NCBI GenBank assembly: GCA_947629025.1
Contig: CANRCC010000004.1
Location: 3,300-67,299 of the forward strand
Reading direction: 5' to 3'
DNA from: an uncultured Bacilli bacterium
Lineage (GTDB): Bacteria; Bacillota_I; Bacilli_A; RF39; UBA660
Length of the DNA stretch: 64,000 nucleotides
Each line of letters opens with the position of its first letter. Within the stretch, counting starts at the first letter, position 1. The notes beneath the pieces were generated by a model. It was not told the origin of the DNA. It did not search any database and saw nothing but the letters and a program-made list of their open reading frames with translations. The position numbers and the translations under genes are program-made. Below are positions 19,094 to 29,308 of the stretch, piece by piece.

Positions 19094-19106
19094 AATGATT
19101 ATTATT

Positions 19107-19868
19107 CTAAATCTTTCTAGATTGTATTTCGGCCATCTTTTCTACTACTTCTGGATAATTAGTTTCATTTATTTCAGTATATCCTAACTCTTTTAATGCT
19201 TGAATCTTAGCTGAATTTATTTCTTGAGTTCTTGATAATTTTTCTTCTTGTTTTTTATTTATATCACTAACAAATTTCTTATGTAGTTCTTGTATTTTAT
19301 TTTCAGATGCACTACCACTTGTATAAAGTACCATTGCAGAATATAGTATTGTTTCAAATGTAAATTGATTATCTTTTTCAAATACATACTCATCTACATC
19401 AACAAATCCTGTAGTTTTAGCTACATATCCAAGCATATATTTAATTTCTTTAATGTTATCCATTGCTTGAAGAAAATAGCATAAATATTTACATATATTA
19501 CTACCCTCCCCGCTTTCATCATCTTCTAATCTTTCTTTTAATATAAATATAATATCATTTAATAATTCTTGATCAGATCCTTTTAGTCCTGAGAAGTTAA
19601 TACTCCCCTTTTCTATCATAATATCATTTTCATTTATTAAATTATTTGCATGTTTTATAAATTCACTATCAATTACAATATTTTCAATATCATCAGCTGA
19701 TTTTACTTGTAACAAATTAAATAGTTTCATTTTCTTTTCTAGTGGCCATGAATTTACATCATCCATTTCTAAATAGTTATATACCATTTGTCTTGATACA
19801 CCTAAATATTTAGCAAGTTTAACTTTTGATATACCTATTTCTCCTAAAATTTCATTTAATTTTTTCAT
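19107..19868 (-). CDS. XRE-family helix-turn-helix protein with unknown C-terminal domain
   Basis: 253 aa. N-terminal HTH LGEIGISKVKLAKYLGVSRQMVYNYL. It has its own promoter, RBS (AGGAGTAGGAGA) and terminator. Confidence 0.75.
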   Translation of the reverse strand: MKKLNEILGEIGISKVKLAKYLGVSRQMVYNYLEMDDVNSWPLEKKMKLFNLLQVKSADDIENIVIDSEFIKHANNLINENDIMIEKGSINFSGLKGSDQELLNDIIFILKERLEDDESGEGSNICKYLCYFLQAMDNIKEIKYMLGYVAKTTGFVDVDEYVFEKDNQFTFETILYSAMVLYTSGSASENKIQELHKKFVSDINKKQEEKLSRTQEINSAKIQALKELGYTEINETNYPEVVEKMAEIQSRKI

Positions 19869-19901
19869 AATATGTTCATCTCCTACTCCTACTATATTAT
19901 T

Positions 19902-19930
19902 ATTCTAACATTTTACAATATAAGTGTCAA
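19902..19930 (-). promoter_or_regulatory. Sigma-A type promoter of the XRE-family gene
   Basis: On the minus strand: TTGACA (19925-19930), 17 nt spacer, then TAGAAT (19902-19907). Confidence 0.55.
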
Positions 19931-19936
19931 GTGCAA

Positions 19937-19965
19937 GTAAAAAACAAAACTATAATAGTCTTGTT
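19937..19965 (-). terminator. Intrinsic terminator after the 849-aa gene
   Basis: On the minus strand: aacaagacta-tta-tagttttgtt, a 10-bp stem with one G-U pair, followed by tttt. It starts 4 nt after the stop codon. Confidence 0.5.
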
Positions 19966-19968
19966 ATG

Positions 19969-22509
19969 TTACAATTTATATTTACTTTTTATTTGATTTT
20001 TTACTCTATTAAATTCAAATTCATCTTTTAAATTACATGTTGGAAGCATTACTTCATCAATAGTACCATCATTTCTAACTGCTATATACCAATTATTATT
20101 AGATACAATATACTTGTAATCTTCTAGTTTTATAGGCTCAAATTCTTTTTTTAACTCTTTTCTTAGTATTGGATCATCTTCTAATTCTACTCTAAGTGCT
20201 TTAATTTTATTTAATTCTTCTTCTGTTCTATTAGTTCTTATATCATTTTCTTTTTCATCATAATATGTTCTAATAGGTTCAAAATAATTAACATATTTTA
20301 ATAAATAATCTTCATTTAATCTTTTAATTCTATCACTTGTATTAATTAAATATAAATTATCACTTATATCTGAATGCGGACATATTCTAATAGGTCTTTG
20401 ATCTTTATAACAAGGATAATTTTTAAATAAACCAGTTGATTCTCCTGATACAAATACAAAATCAATATTATCATTTTTTTGTTTTGCTTTCTTTATAATT
20501 TGACTTGATATATCACTAAGAAATTTATCATTTAATATTTCTGATTTATTATAATATTTTGTTACAGTAGGTGCTAGTATTACTGCATTACCTCTTCTAA
20601 ACATAATAGTTCTTGCGACTAAATCATTATTTTTATCTTTTATTAATATTACATCTGTATTTTTATCAAGCATTGTATTTTTAAAAGTTTCTCTACCAGC
20701 AAGATTGTCTAATTTAATACAGCTTTCAGGTTGTACATATCCAATAAGTAATTTATCTTCATCTTGAAAATTACCAGATTCATATGTATACTCACATACT
20801 CTTCCTTTTACTTTTGGAATAGTACTTGAATTTCTAGTATATGCTTTTAAATATATATTTAAGTAGTCATTAACATTTGTATCACCAATTTCATCAATTG
20901 TTTTTTGTGATAGTATATACTTTGCATAATCGTTAACTAAGGAATATTTTTTACTAAGTGTAATTAAAGTATCAATATTATCATAAACATAATTAATAGT
21001 ATCATCATAATTACAATTTATTTGATTAGCTATTTTATCATAATAAACTAAAATATTTATAAAATCATTAGTAGTAAAATCATCCATTAAATTAGCAAAA
21101 TATAAAAGAGTTGCGACTTTTCTTATTACAAGTAATTCATTTTCTTCTATTTTTTCAATTCTATCATCTGTAATACTAATAATTACATCAGCAATATTAT
21201 CACATATTCTATTTTTATCTATTATTTTATAATTATTGTAATTATAATCAATTTTTTCTTTATTTTGGTTTAATATCTGTAAATCATTACCATATATATC
21301 AATATTATCAATATATTTCATTTTAAATTTAGTATATTTATTTTGAATTATTTTACTTATTTCATAATTATTTATTCTAGTATTTATTGATTCTATATCA
21401 ATTGTTCCATCTTTAATAAATATATTTTCAAAAAATTCAAAATCATCATCAGTAATAGTAACTTGTGATCTTCTTATATCTTTTATACTTCTAATATAAT
21501 CTCTTAAATTAAATAAATCATTTAACATTTCTTCTTTTGATGTATTAATATTTTGATATAAACCATCTCTTATTATTTCTTCTACTTTTTTAATTTTAAT
21601 TCCTCTTATTATTGAATCAGTCTTTTTATTTGATAAAATTAATCTACTTTTTACTTGCTTCATTAAGAATTTTTTATATTCATTTTCTATTTTATTTTCT
21701 ATATCATTAAGTAATTCATTATAAAAACCACTTGATTCATTAAATGTTAATTTATTATTTAAGAATAAATCATATAACCTAGTTAACTCTTTTTTTATAT
21801 AATCCATACTGATATATTCTTTTTTGATAGTATCACCAGTACCATTTACATATCTATATATCTTTCTTGAAAGATCATCACAGCTATGATATCTTCTAAA
21901 ATATTCTTTAATAAAACTATCAATTTTATCTACACTATTTAGAGCAATATTTTCTTTTTGAATATTATAATATTTTTTACATAATTTATTGATAATTTTT
22001 TCTAATAAGTAACTATATTTTTCTTGATCATTAATATTATCTTCATCTAAAGATAAATTTAAAAGATTAAGTAATTCTTTTTTCTTATCATCTATATATA
22101 ATTCATCTACTCTTCCATTATATATATATTTACTTAATATTTCTTTTTTTAATTGTTTAATATATCTTTCATCAGATTTTATAAGTAATATTAGTGGAGG
22201 GTCATTATTTATAATATAATTAATAATTGATTCAAATTTATATAAAAAATTATTACTTATAATATCTTCTTTATTTGGTTTATATCCCCTACTTAATGCA
22301 TCTAAACAAAGTTCATTAGTTAGATCTTCTTCTTTAAATAATGTAATAACATTTGGATCATATGCGAATGCTAATGAAATAAACCAATCATAATTTAATA
22401 GTTCATCATTATCAATTATATCTTCTTTAGATGGTATATAACCATTTAAAATTGCGTTTCTTACTGTTTCATAATCTATATTATCTATAGAAAATGGTAA
22501 TTTATTCAT
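19969..22509 (-). CDS. Large hypothetical protein (846 aa from ATG 22509)
   Basis: Uninterrupted 2.5-kb ORF. ATG 22509 is preferred over GTG 22518 because AGGAAAG lies upstream, and it is 21 nt after the mnmA stop. The N-terminus carries a duplicated motif (NGYIPSKEDIIDNDELL / RGYKPNKEDIISNNFLY). No recognisable catalytic motif. Confidence 0.7.
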   Translation of the reverse strand: MNKLPFSIDNIDYETVRNAILNGYIPSKEDIIDNDELLNYDWFISLAFAYDPNVITLFKEEDLTNELCLDALSRGYKPNKEDIISNNFLYKFESIINYIINNDPPLILLIKSDERYIKQLKKEILSKYIYNGRVDELYIDDKKKELLNLLNLSLDEDNINDQEKYSYLLEKIINKLCKKYYNIQKENIALNSVDKIDSFIKEYFRRYHSCDDLSRKIYRYVNGTGDTIKKEYISMDYIKKELTRLYDLFLNNKLTFNESSGFYNELLNDIENKIENEYKKFLMKQVKSRLILSNKKTDSIIRGIKIKKVEEIIRDGLYQNINTSKEEMLNDLFNLRDYIRSIKDIRRSQVTITDDDFEFFENIFIKDGTIDIESINTRINNYEISKIIQNKYTKFKMKYIDNIDIYGNDLQILNQNKEKIDYNYNNYKIIDKNRICDNIADVIISITDDRIEKIEENELLVIRKVATLLYFANLMDDFTTNDFINILVYYDKIANQINCNYDDTINYVYDNIDTLITLSKKYSLVNDYAKYILSQKTIDEIGDTNVNDYLNIYLKAYTRNSSTIPKVKGRVCEYTYESGNFQDEDKLLIGYVQPESCIKLDNLAGRETFKNTMLDKNTDVILIKDKNNDLVARTIMFRRGNAVILAPTVTKYYNKSEILNDKFLSDISSQIIKKAKQKNDNIDFVFVSGESTGLFKNYPCYKDQRPIRICPHSDISDNLYLINTSDRIKRLNEDYLLKYVNYFEPIRTYYDEKENDIRTNRTEEELNKIKALRVELEDDPILRKELKKEFEPIKLEDYKYIVSNNNWYIAVRNDGTIDEVMLPTCNLKDEFEFNRVKNQIKSKYKL

Positions 22510-22530
22510 TATTATCACTTTCCTTTTTTA

Positions 22531-23634
22531 TTAAAGATACCATAATTTTTTGCCAGATTTTCTCACTTCTTTTATTATTCCCCCACCTAAGCATTCTTCA
22601 CCATCATAAAATACACATGCTTGTCCTGGTGTAACTGATTTTACATTATCATATTTAACAATAATCTCATTATTATCTAAGTATTCTAATTTTATTTTTA
22701 TATCTGGTTGTCTATATCTAAATTTTGCAGTTGCTTCATTAGGTCTTTTATCACTAATAAAATTTACATCTTCAATTAAAGCTTCATCACTTAATAAATA
22801 TTTAGTATCATCACCAAGTGATACATATAAAATATTTTTATCTAAATCTTTACCAACTACATATAATCTTTTATCATTACCACCAATATCAAGACCTCTT
22901 CTTTGACCAATTGTATAATACATAAGTCCAATATGTTCCCCTATTTTCTTATTTGTATCAATATCAACTATATCACCTGGAATATTAGGTAAATAATTAG
23001 TTAAAAATTGTTTGAAATTTCTTTCTCCAATAAAACATATACCTGTAGAATCTTTTTTATCAGCAACTACAAGATCTTGTTCTTTAGCAATTTTTCTTAT
23101 ATCTTCTTTTATATAATCTCCAACTGGAAATAATACATTTTGTAGTTGTTCTTTTGATACTTGAGATAAAAAATAAGTTTGATCTTTATTTTGATCTATA
23201 CTTCTTAATAATTTACCATCTTTTATTCTTGCATAATGACCAGTAGCAATATAATCTGCTCCTAATTTATCTGCTTCTTTTTTAAACATATCAAATTTAA
23301 TATATTTATTACACATAATATCAGGATTTGGTGTTCTTCCTTTTTTTAATTCATCTAAAAAATATGTAAATACGTAATCCCAATATTCTTTAACAAAGTT
23401 GATTCTGTGAAGTTTAATACCTAATTTATCGCATACTTTTTTTGCATCATTATAATCTTCTTCTTGAGTACATATATCATTGTTTAATGTAGGATTTCCA
23501 TTTATATCATTATTAACAGAACTATCCCAGTTTCTCATAAATAAACCTTCAACTTGATAGCCTTGTATTTTTAATAAATATGCGCAAACAGAAGAATCTA
23601 CTCCCCCACTCATACCAACTATTACTTTTTTCAT
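22531..23634 (-). CDS. mnmA: tRNA-specific 2-thiouridylase
   Basis: 367 aa. PP-loop [11 protein letters not shown] and conserved catalytic Cys regions ([18 protein letters not shown]). Confidence 0.92.
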   Translation of the reverse strand: MKKVIVGMSGGVDSSVCAYLLKIQGYQVEGLFMRNWDSSVNNDINGNPTLNNDICTQEEDYNDAKKVCDKLGIKLHRINFVKEYWDYVFTYFLDELKKGRTPNPDIMCNKYIKFDMFKKEADKLGADYIATGHYARIKDGKLLRSIDQNKDQTYFLSQVSKEQLQNVLFPVGDYIKEDIRKIAKEQDLVVADKKDSTGICFIGERNFKQFLTNYLPNIPGDIVDIDTNKKIGEHIGLMYYTIGQRRGLDIGGNDKRLYVVGKDLDKNILYVSLGDDTKYLLSDEALIEDVNFISDKRPNEATAKFRYRQPDIKIKLEYLDNNEIIVKYDNVKSVTPGQACVFYDGEECLGGGIIKEVRKSGKKLWYL

Positions 23635-23659
23635 AAGACTTCACCAAATAAATTATAAC

Positions 23660-24292
23660 TTATTTAATTAAATTAGTAAATATTTTAAGTATAGATGGTA
23701 GTACAAACACGTCAAATAATGAACATAATACAGATAATAATATAGATATAACTAATATAAAGAAATATTTTCCCATAAATGTCTTAAAATTAATTGTTCT
23801 TTTAAAAAATGCACTTTGTATTAGTTTAATCGATAAAATAAGGCTATATACGCTTAAAAAAATAGCAAGTAGACTTGTGATTACTGAAGATGGAAAAATG
23901 TAAAAAAAAGCACCTAAAATACCTTTTAAACCATATTTAGCAAATATACCACTAATAGAAAAACCAAGTATAAAAGATTTAAAAAATATCATAATAATAA
24001 TTACAGGAATACCAATAACTGATAATCCTAAAAGCCACATGAATACAAAATATAATAAATTTGATATTAAAGTATTTTTAAATATACTTAATTTATCTGC
24101 AAATTCTAATTTATCTATAGAGATAAAAAAATTATTTACTTCTTTTAATATTTTTGTCTTTTCAATATCATCTAATATTGTTATATAAATACTACCAAAT
24201 ATTAAACCAATTAAAAATATTATAAAGATAACAAGTAATATACTATTTTTTTTACTAAGTTCCTTTTTATAATTATTGTACATTTCTTTCAT
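23660..24292 (-). CDS. spoIIM: Stage II sporulation protein M-like membrane protein
   Basis: 210 aa with 5-6 TM helices. The block GLSVIGIPVIIIMIFFKSFILGFS and the overall layout resemble SpoIIM. Confidence 0.65.
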   Translation of the reverse strand: MKEMYNNYKKELSKKNSILLVIFIIFLIGLIFGSIYITILDDIEKTKILKEVNNFFISIDKLEFADKLSIFKNTLISNLLYFVFMWLLGLSVIGIPVIIIMIFFKSFILGFSISGIFAKYGLKGILGAFFYIFPSSVITSLLAIFLSVYSLILSIKLIQSAFFKRTINFKTFMGKYFFILVISILLSVLCSLFDVFVLPSILKIFTNLIK

Positions 24293-24353
24293 TATGTTTT
24301 TCTCCTTTGGTTAAATATATTAATGCTTGTACATTTTTAGAACAAAAAAAGAA

Positions 24354-25202
24354 TTATTTAACTAATTCTATTTGTTCTATTGGAATATTTGTTATTTCAG
24401 ATATTAGATTTATATCCATCTTTCTGTTAAGCATATTTCTTATTATTTCATTTTCTTTTCTTGTGATTCCTATTTGTATTCCTTTTTTAATACCCTCATT
24501 TTCTCCTTCTTCTTTCGCACATATCAAATATAACTCTTCTTTACTATATGATAGTAAATTTCTTTTATCATTGCTTAATTTTATTAACTCATCATATATT
24601 CTTTCCATTAATTCATCACCCCTTGATAAATTATATAATTCTTTCTTATTGACTAATTTTAACATTAAAAATATTTTTTCCATCCTTGTTAACTTTTCTT
24701 TATTATAATACTTTTTATAAATTACTTCAAGGTTAACATGATATTTTTTTATAAAACTTTTATCTACTATTCCTTTTTCACTTTTTAATTCAAATTTTAC
24801 TATCTCTCCCTCTTCTTTATATAATGTATAATTATCTATATTTATTTGTATTACTATTTTATCTTCATATAAACTTTGTATCTTTGTTATATATGAATTA
24901 TTTTTCTTTATTATCTTTTTATAATACTTTTTATTCATTTCTATATTTATTATTTTATTTTCTATTTCTATTACTAAATCACTTATTTTTCCTTTTTCTT
25001 CTATATTTTCTTTGGGCAATTCATTTGATATTATTTTCATCTCTCTTAAATCTTCCATTTTTATATCTTCTACTACATACACTATTACCTCTTTTACTAA
25101 TTTATCTATAGTGGTGAATAATTTTTTAAATATTGTATCTGACGTTCCTGGAATTATTTCTCTTTTTCTTCTTTCCAAATCGTCAATATATGTTTTTATC
25201 AA
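24354..25202 (-). CDS. Rpn/YhgA-like PD-(D/E)XK nuclease (putative transposase family)
   Basis: N-terminal GTSDTIFKKLF motif, nuclease-core-like DLVIEIENKIINIEMNK, and a C-terminal helical tail (IKKGIQIGITRKENEIIRNMLNRKMDINLISEITNIPIEQIE) typical of the family. TTG 25202 is preferred over GTG 25229 because AGGAGG lies 7 nt upstream. Confidence 0.65.
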   Translation of the reverse strand: MIKTYIDDLERRKREIIPGTSDTIFKKLFTTIDKLVKEVIVYVVEDIKMEDLREMKIISNELPKENIEEKGKISDLVIEIENKIINIEMNKKYYKKIIKKNNSYITKIQSLYEDKIVIQINIDNYTLYKEEGEIVKFELKSEKGIVDKSFIKKYHVNLEVIYKKYYNKEKLTRMEKIFLMLKLVNKKELYNLSRGDELMERIYDELIKLSNDKRNLLSYSKEELYLICAKEEGENEGIKKGIQIGITRKENEIIRNMLNRKMDINLISEITNIPIEQIELVK

Positions 25203-25251
25203 TCTACCACCTCCTATAATATATTTCACTACTTACTTATTATTTTCCCCT

Positions 25252-25284
25252 AAAAAAATAAAAAAAAGTACTAAATTAGTACTT
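25252..25284 (-). terminator. Intrinsic terminator of the aminopeptidase gene
   Basis: Hairpin aagtacta/tagtactt (25266-25284) encloses the stop codon at 25276-25278. On the minus strand a long U run follows it. Confidence 0.65.
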
Positions 25285-26670
25285 ATAAAATTCTTTATAA
25301 AATTTATATGCGCTATATATATCAAATTTACTAGTTACTTCATATGGTGCATGCATTGATAAAACAGAAATTCCTGCATCAATAATATCAATTCCTTTAT
25401 CTGCTAGTAAATATGCAATAGTGCCTCCTCCACCTAAATCAATTTTACCTAATTCACATACTTGATATTTTATATTATTAGATTCAAGTATATTTCTAAT
25501 ATAACCTACATATTCCGCATTTGCATCACTAGCACCTGATTTACCTCTTGAACCTGTATATTTATTTAATGTAACTCCGCCACCTAAAAATGAGGTATTA
25601 TGTATGTCATATGCGCTTTTATATATAGGATCAAATCCTGCGTCAACATCAGATGATAACATTTTAGAATTATTAAATACTTTATCAATCATATTTGGTT
25701 TATTTTCACCTGTTTTATTTAAAAGCTCTGATACAAAGTATTCAAATGTATGAGATGCCATTCCAGTATTACCCATACTTCCAATTTCTTCTTTATCTGC
25801 TAAAATACATATACATGTTTTATCTGGATTTTGCGTTTCTAAAATTGCTTTAAGTGCTGTATATGCACATACTTTATCATCTTGTCCATATGCCGCAACT
25901 AAACTTTCATCAAATCCTAAGCTTCTTGCTTTAAATGCAGGAACTATTTCAAGTTCTGAACTAGTAAAATCAATTTCTTTAATACCATATTTTTTATTTA
26001 AAATATTAAGTATATTTAATTTAACTTGATTTTGTTCATCATCATTATATGGAATACTTCCAATAAGTAAATTTAAATCTTCTCCCTCTATTATATTATT
26101 TGCTTTTTTACTCATCTGTTCATTTGCTAGATGTGGAAGTAAATCAGTTATTGTAAATACTGGTTCATCATCATTTTCTCCTATTTCAACATTTATTTTT
26201 TCTCCATTAGGTTTTACAATAACTCCATGAATAGAAAGAGGTATTGTAGTCCATTGATATTTTTTTATACCTCCATAATAATGAGTTTTAAAATATGCAA
26301 AACCAGAATCTTCATATAATGGATTTGGTTTTAAATCTAATCTTGGTGAATCAATATGAGCACCTATTAAATTAAATCCCTCACTTGATGGTTTATTTCC
26401 AATAACTGCAATAAATATGCTTTTATCTCTATTTATATAATATACTTTATCTGATTTATTTAATGATTCAACAAAATTTATATCTTTAAATCCATTTTCT
26501 TCAAGCAATAATTTAGCATTATTAACAAATAATCTTTCTGTTTTCGATTTATTTATAAAATCCATATATCCCTTTGAAAATTTAAAAATATTTACTTTTT
26601 CTTCATCTGATACACTATTCCATCCACTTTCTTTTTTATTAATTAATTTATTATCTATATTGTTATCCAT
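25276..26670 (-). CDS. M18-family aminopeptidase
   Basis: 464 aa. GAHIDSPRLDLKPNPL and other M18 (aspartyl aminopeptidase-like) blocks. Confidence 0.8.
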   Translation of the reverse strand: MDNNIDNKLINKKESGWNSVSDEEKVNIFKFSKGYMDFINKSKTERLFVNNAKLLLEENGFKDINFVESLNKSDKVYYINRDKSIFIAVIGNKPSSEGFNLIGAHIDSPRLDLKPNPLYEDSGFAYFKTHYYGGIKKYQWTTIPLSIHGVIVKPNGEKINVEIGENDDEPVFTITDLLPHLANEQMSKKANNIIEGEDLNLLIGSIPYNDDEQNQVKLNILNILNKKYGIKEIDFTSSELEIVPAFKARSLGFDESLVAAYGQDDKVCAYTALKAILETQNPDKTCICILADKEEIGSMGNTGMASHTFEYFVSELLNKTGENKPNMIDKVFNNSKMLSSDVDAGFDPIYKSAYDIHNTSFLGGGVTLNKYTGSRGKSGASDANAEYVGYIRNILESNNIKYQVCELGKIDLGGGGTIAYLLADKGIDIIDAGISVLSMHAPYEVTSKFDIYSAYKFYKEFYKY

Positions 26671-26714
26671 ATTTGAATCCTCCTATTTTATTATACCAAT
26701 ATAAATCATTTTTA

Positions 26715-29249
26715 TTATTTTTTTATCATTTGTTTTAATTCATATAGTTTATTAATTGCTTCAATTGGTGTCATTTCTATTGGATTTATCTTTTTTAACT
26801 CTTCTTCTACTTCACTTTTTGTTTCTTCAAAATCAATTTCCATTTGTGTTACGTTATTTACATTTTTCTTTTCTTTTGATTCATATGTCTTAAGTATTTC
26901 TTCAGACCTTTTTATTAGTGAATCAGGTAATTTTGCTAATTTTGCAACATGTATACCATAACTTTTATCTATACTTCCATCTTTTATTTTATGAAGGAAT
27001 GTTATATTCCCATCTTCTTCTTTTGCAGATACATGTACATTTTTTAAATGTTTATGATTTTTTTCTAAATCTGTGAGCTCATGATAGTGAGTTGAGAAAA
27101 AAGTTTTTGCTTTTACTTTATCATGTATATATTCAATAATTGCAGCAGCTAAACTCATTCCATCATATGTTGCAGTACCTCTTCCTAATTCATCAAATAA
27201 TATTAAACTATCTTCAGTTGCATTAGTAATAGCATTATTTGCTTCCATCATTTCTACCATAAATGTAGATTCTCCAGAAACTAAATCATCACTAGCACCT
27301 ATTCTTGTAAATATTTTATCAAATACAGGTATATTAGCATATTTACAAGGAACAAATGATCCAATTTGAGCCATTACTACTATATTAGCCATTTGTCTCA
27401 TATAAGTTGATTTTCCTGCCATATTAGGACCTGTTATAAGCATAACAATATCATCTTTATTAAATAATACATCATTTGGTGTAAATTCTTCTTTATCAAG
27501 TACTTTTTCTATTACAGGGTGTCTTGCATCTTTAATATCAATTATATGTTCATCGTTTAATTTAGGTCTTACATAATTATTTTCTTCTGCTACTACAGCA
27601 AATGATATAAGTACATCTATATCACTTAAAGTATGCGCTAATTCTTGAATATCTGATATATATTTTTTTACTATATCTCTAATTTCTATAAATAACTCAT
27701 ATTCTAATGATATTATTTTTTCTTCTGCACCTAGTATTAATGCTTCTTTTTCTTTTAATAATGGTGTTACAAATCTTTCACAATTTGCTAATGTTTGTTT
27801 TCTTTCATATCCAAATTCTTCTTTTATATCTTTACAAGCACCTTTACTTACCTCTATATAATATCCAAATATTCTATTATATCCAACTTTTAAAGTCTTA
27901 ATACCAGTCTTTTGTCTTTCTTCTTTTTCCATATTAGATACAAAATCTTTATTTCCTTTTCTAGAATTTTTAAGAAAATCTAATTCTTCATTATAACCTG
28001 ATTTTATTAAGTATCCTTCTTTTAAAGTTATAGGTGCATCTTCATATATAGATTTTTCTAGTAAATCATATAAGTCTTTAAATTCATTTATAGATTTATA
28101 ATTTATATCTTTTAATATTTGATTTATTTCAGGTAATACTTTTAGAGACGTTTTTAATTGTAGTAAATCTCTTGCATTTGCTGAACCAAATGATATTCTT
28201 CCAAGTATTCTTTCTAAATCATATACATTTGATAATAATTCTCTTAATTCTTCTTTTTTTATAAATTCTTTTATTAAAGTTTCTACAACATCATATCTTT
28301 CTTCTATTTTTTCTTTATTAACTAATGGATTTAAAATATAACTCTTTAATTTTCTACTTCCCATCGCAGTTTTGGTTTTATCAAGTAACCATAAAAGTGA
28401 ATATTTTTTTTCTTTAGTTCTTATATTTTCGATTAATTCTAAGTTTCTTTTTGTATGTATATCCATTTTTAAAAATGAATTTTCTAAAGTTATAATAACT
28501 TTTTGAAGATGTGATAAGCTTCTTTTTTGTGTTGATTCTAAGTATGAAAGTAAATGCTTAATAGCTTCTATTATTCTTTCATCATTTACGTCACTATAAA
28601 TAGATGTATAATTGTTTTGTAAATTAGTATTATTGTATATAGAAATAGTTATAGAAAAGTTTCTTTTTAATCTATCTAATATAATTTTATCAAAATCAGT
28701 TTTAACAACTACTTCTTTAATATTTCTAGATGTTAATTCTGATATTAATAAATCACTATCATGATTAATTACGCATGCATAAAATTCTCCAGTTGTTATG
28801 TCTAAATAGCTAATAGAATATGCATATTTTAAATCAAGAACATTTCCAATATAATTATTAGAACCCTCATCTATAAAATCACTATTCATTCTAGTTCCAG
28901 AAGATACAACTTGAACAATATCTCTTTTTACTATACCTTTAGCATTTTTTGGATCTTCTGTTTGTTCACATATCGCAACTTTATATCCTTTTTCAATTAA
29001 TTTTTCAATATATATACTTGCTGAATGATATGGAACGCCACACATAGGAACTTTTTCATCTAAACCACAACTTTTACCTGTTAATGTTAATTCTAATTCT
29101 CTTGATGCATTAATCGCATCTTCAAAAAACATTTCATAAAAATCTCCAAGTCTAAAAAATAAAATATTATCCATATTTTCTTCTTTTATTTCTATATATT
29201 GCCTCATCATAGGAGTTATTTTATTTCTATCTACTTCACTAAGTTTCAC
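26715..29249 (-). CDS. mutS: DNA mismatch repair protein MutS
   Basis: 844 aa. N-terminal TPMMRQY mismatch-binding motif and Walker A GPNMAGKST. Confidence 0.95.
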   Translation of the reverse strand: MKLSEVDRNKITPMMRQYIEIKEENMDNILFFRLGDFYEMFFEDAINASRELELTLTGKSCGLDEKVPMCGVPYHSASIYIEKLIEKGYKVAICEQTEDPKNAKGIVKRDIVQVVSSGTRMNSDFIDEGSNNYIGNVLDLKYAYSISYLDITTGEFYACVINHDSDLLISELTSRNIKEVVVKTDFDKIILDRLKRNFSITISIYNNTNLQNNYTSIYSDVNDERIIEAIKHLLSYLESTQKRSLSHLQKVIITLENSFLKMDIHTKRNLELIENIRTKEKKYSLLWLLDKTKTAMGSRKLKSYILNPLVNKEKIEERYDVVETLIKEFIKKEELRELLSNVYDLERILGRISFGSANARDLLQLKTSLKVLPEINQILKDINYKSINEFKDLYDLLEKSIYEDAPITLKEGYLIKSGYNEELDFLKNSRKGNKDFVSNMEKEERQKTGIKTLKVGYNRIFGYYIEVSKGACKDIKEEFGYERKQTLANCERFVTPLLKEKEALILGAEEKIISLEYELFIEIRDIVKKYISDIQELAHTLSDIDVLISFAVVAEENNYVRPKLNDEHIIDIKDARHPVIEKVLDKEEFTPNDVLFNKDDIVMLITGPNMAGKSTYMRQMANIVVMAQIGSFVPCKYANIPVFDKIFTRIGASDDLVSGESTFMVEMMEANNAITNATEDSLILFDELGRGTATYDGMSLAAAIIEYIHDKVKAKTFFSTHYHELTDLEKNHKHLKNVHVSAKEEDGNITFLHKIKDGSIDKSYGIHVAKLAKLPDSLIKRSEEILKTYESKEKKNVNNVTQMEIDFEETKSEVEEELKKINPIEMTPIEAINKLYELKQMIKK

Positions 29250-29308
29250 TAATACATCACCTAGTAAAATTATATCATTATTTTCTTATTTTGTATTTAA
29301 AATAACTA

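Noticed and set aside
19947-19974. Second dif-like string AAACTATAATA-GTCTTG-TTATGTTACAA in direct orientation with the 19066 site. It would bracket the XRE-family gene like an IMEX or dif module.
   Set aside because: Only the TTATGT(T/A)A core matches, and TTATGT is common in this AT-rich DNA. The left arm matches about 5/11, and the sequence is fully explained as the terminator hairpin and stop region of the 846-aa gene. A profile scan would still be worthwhile.
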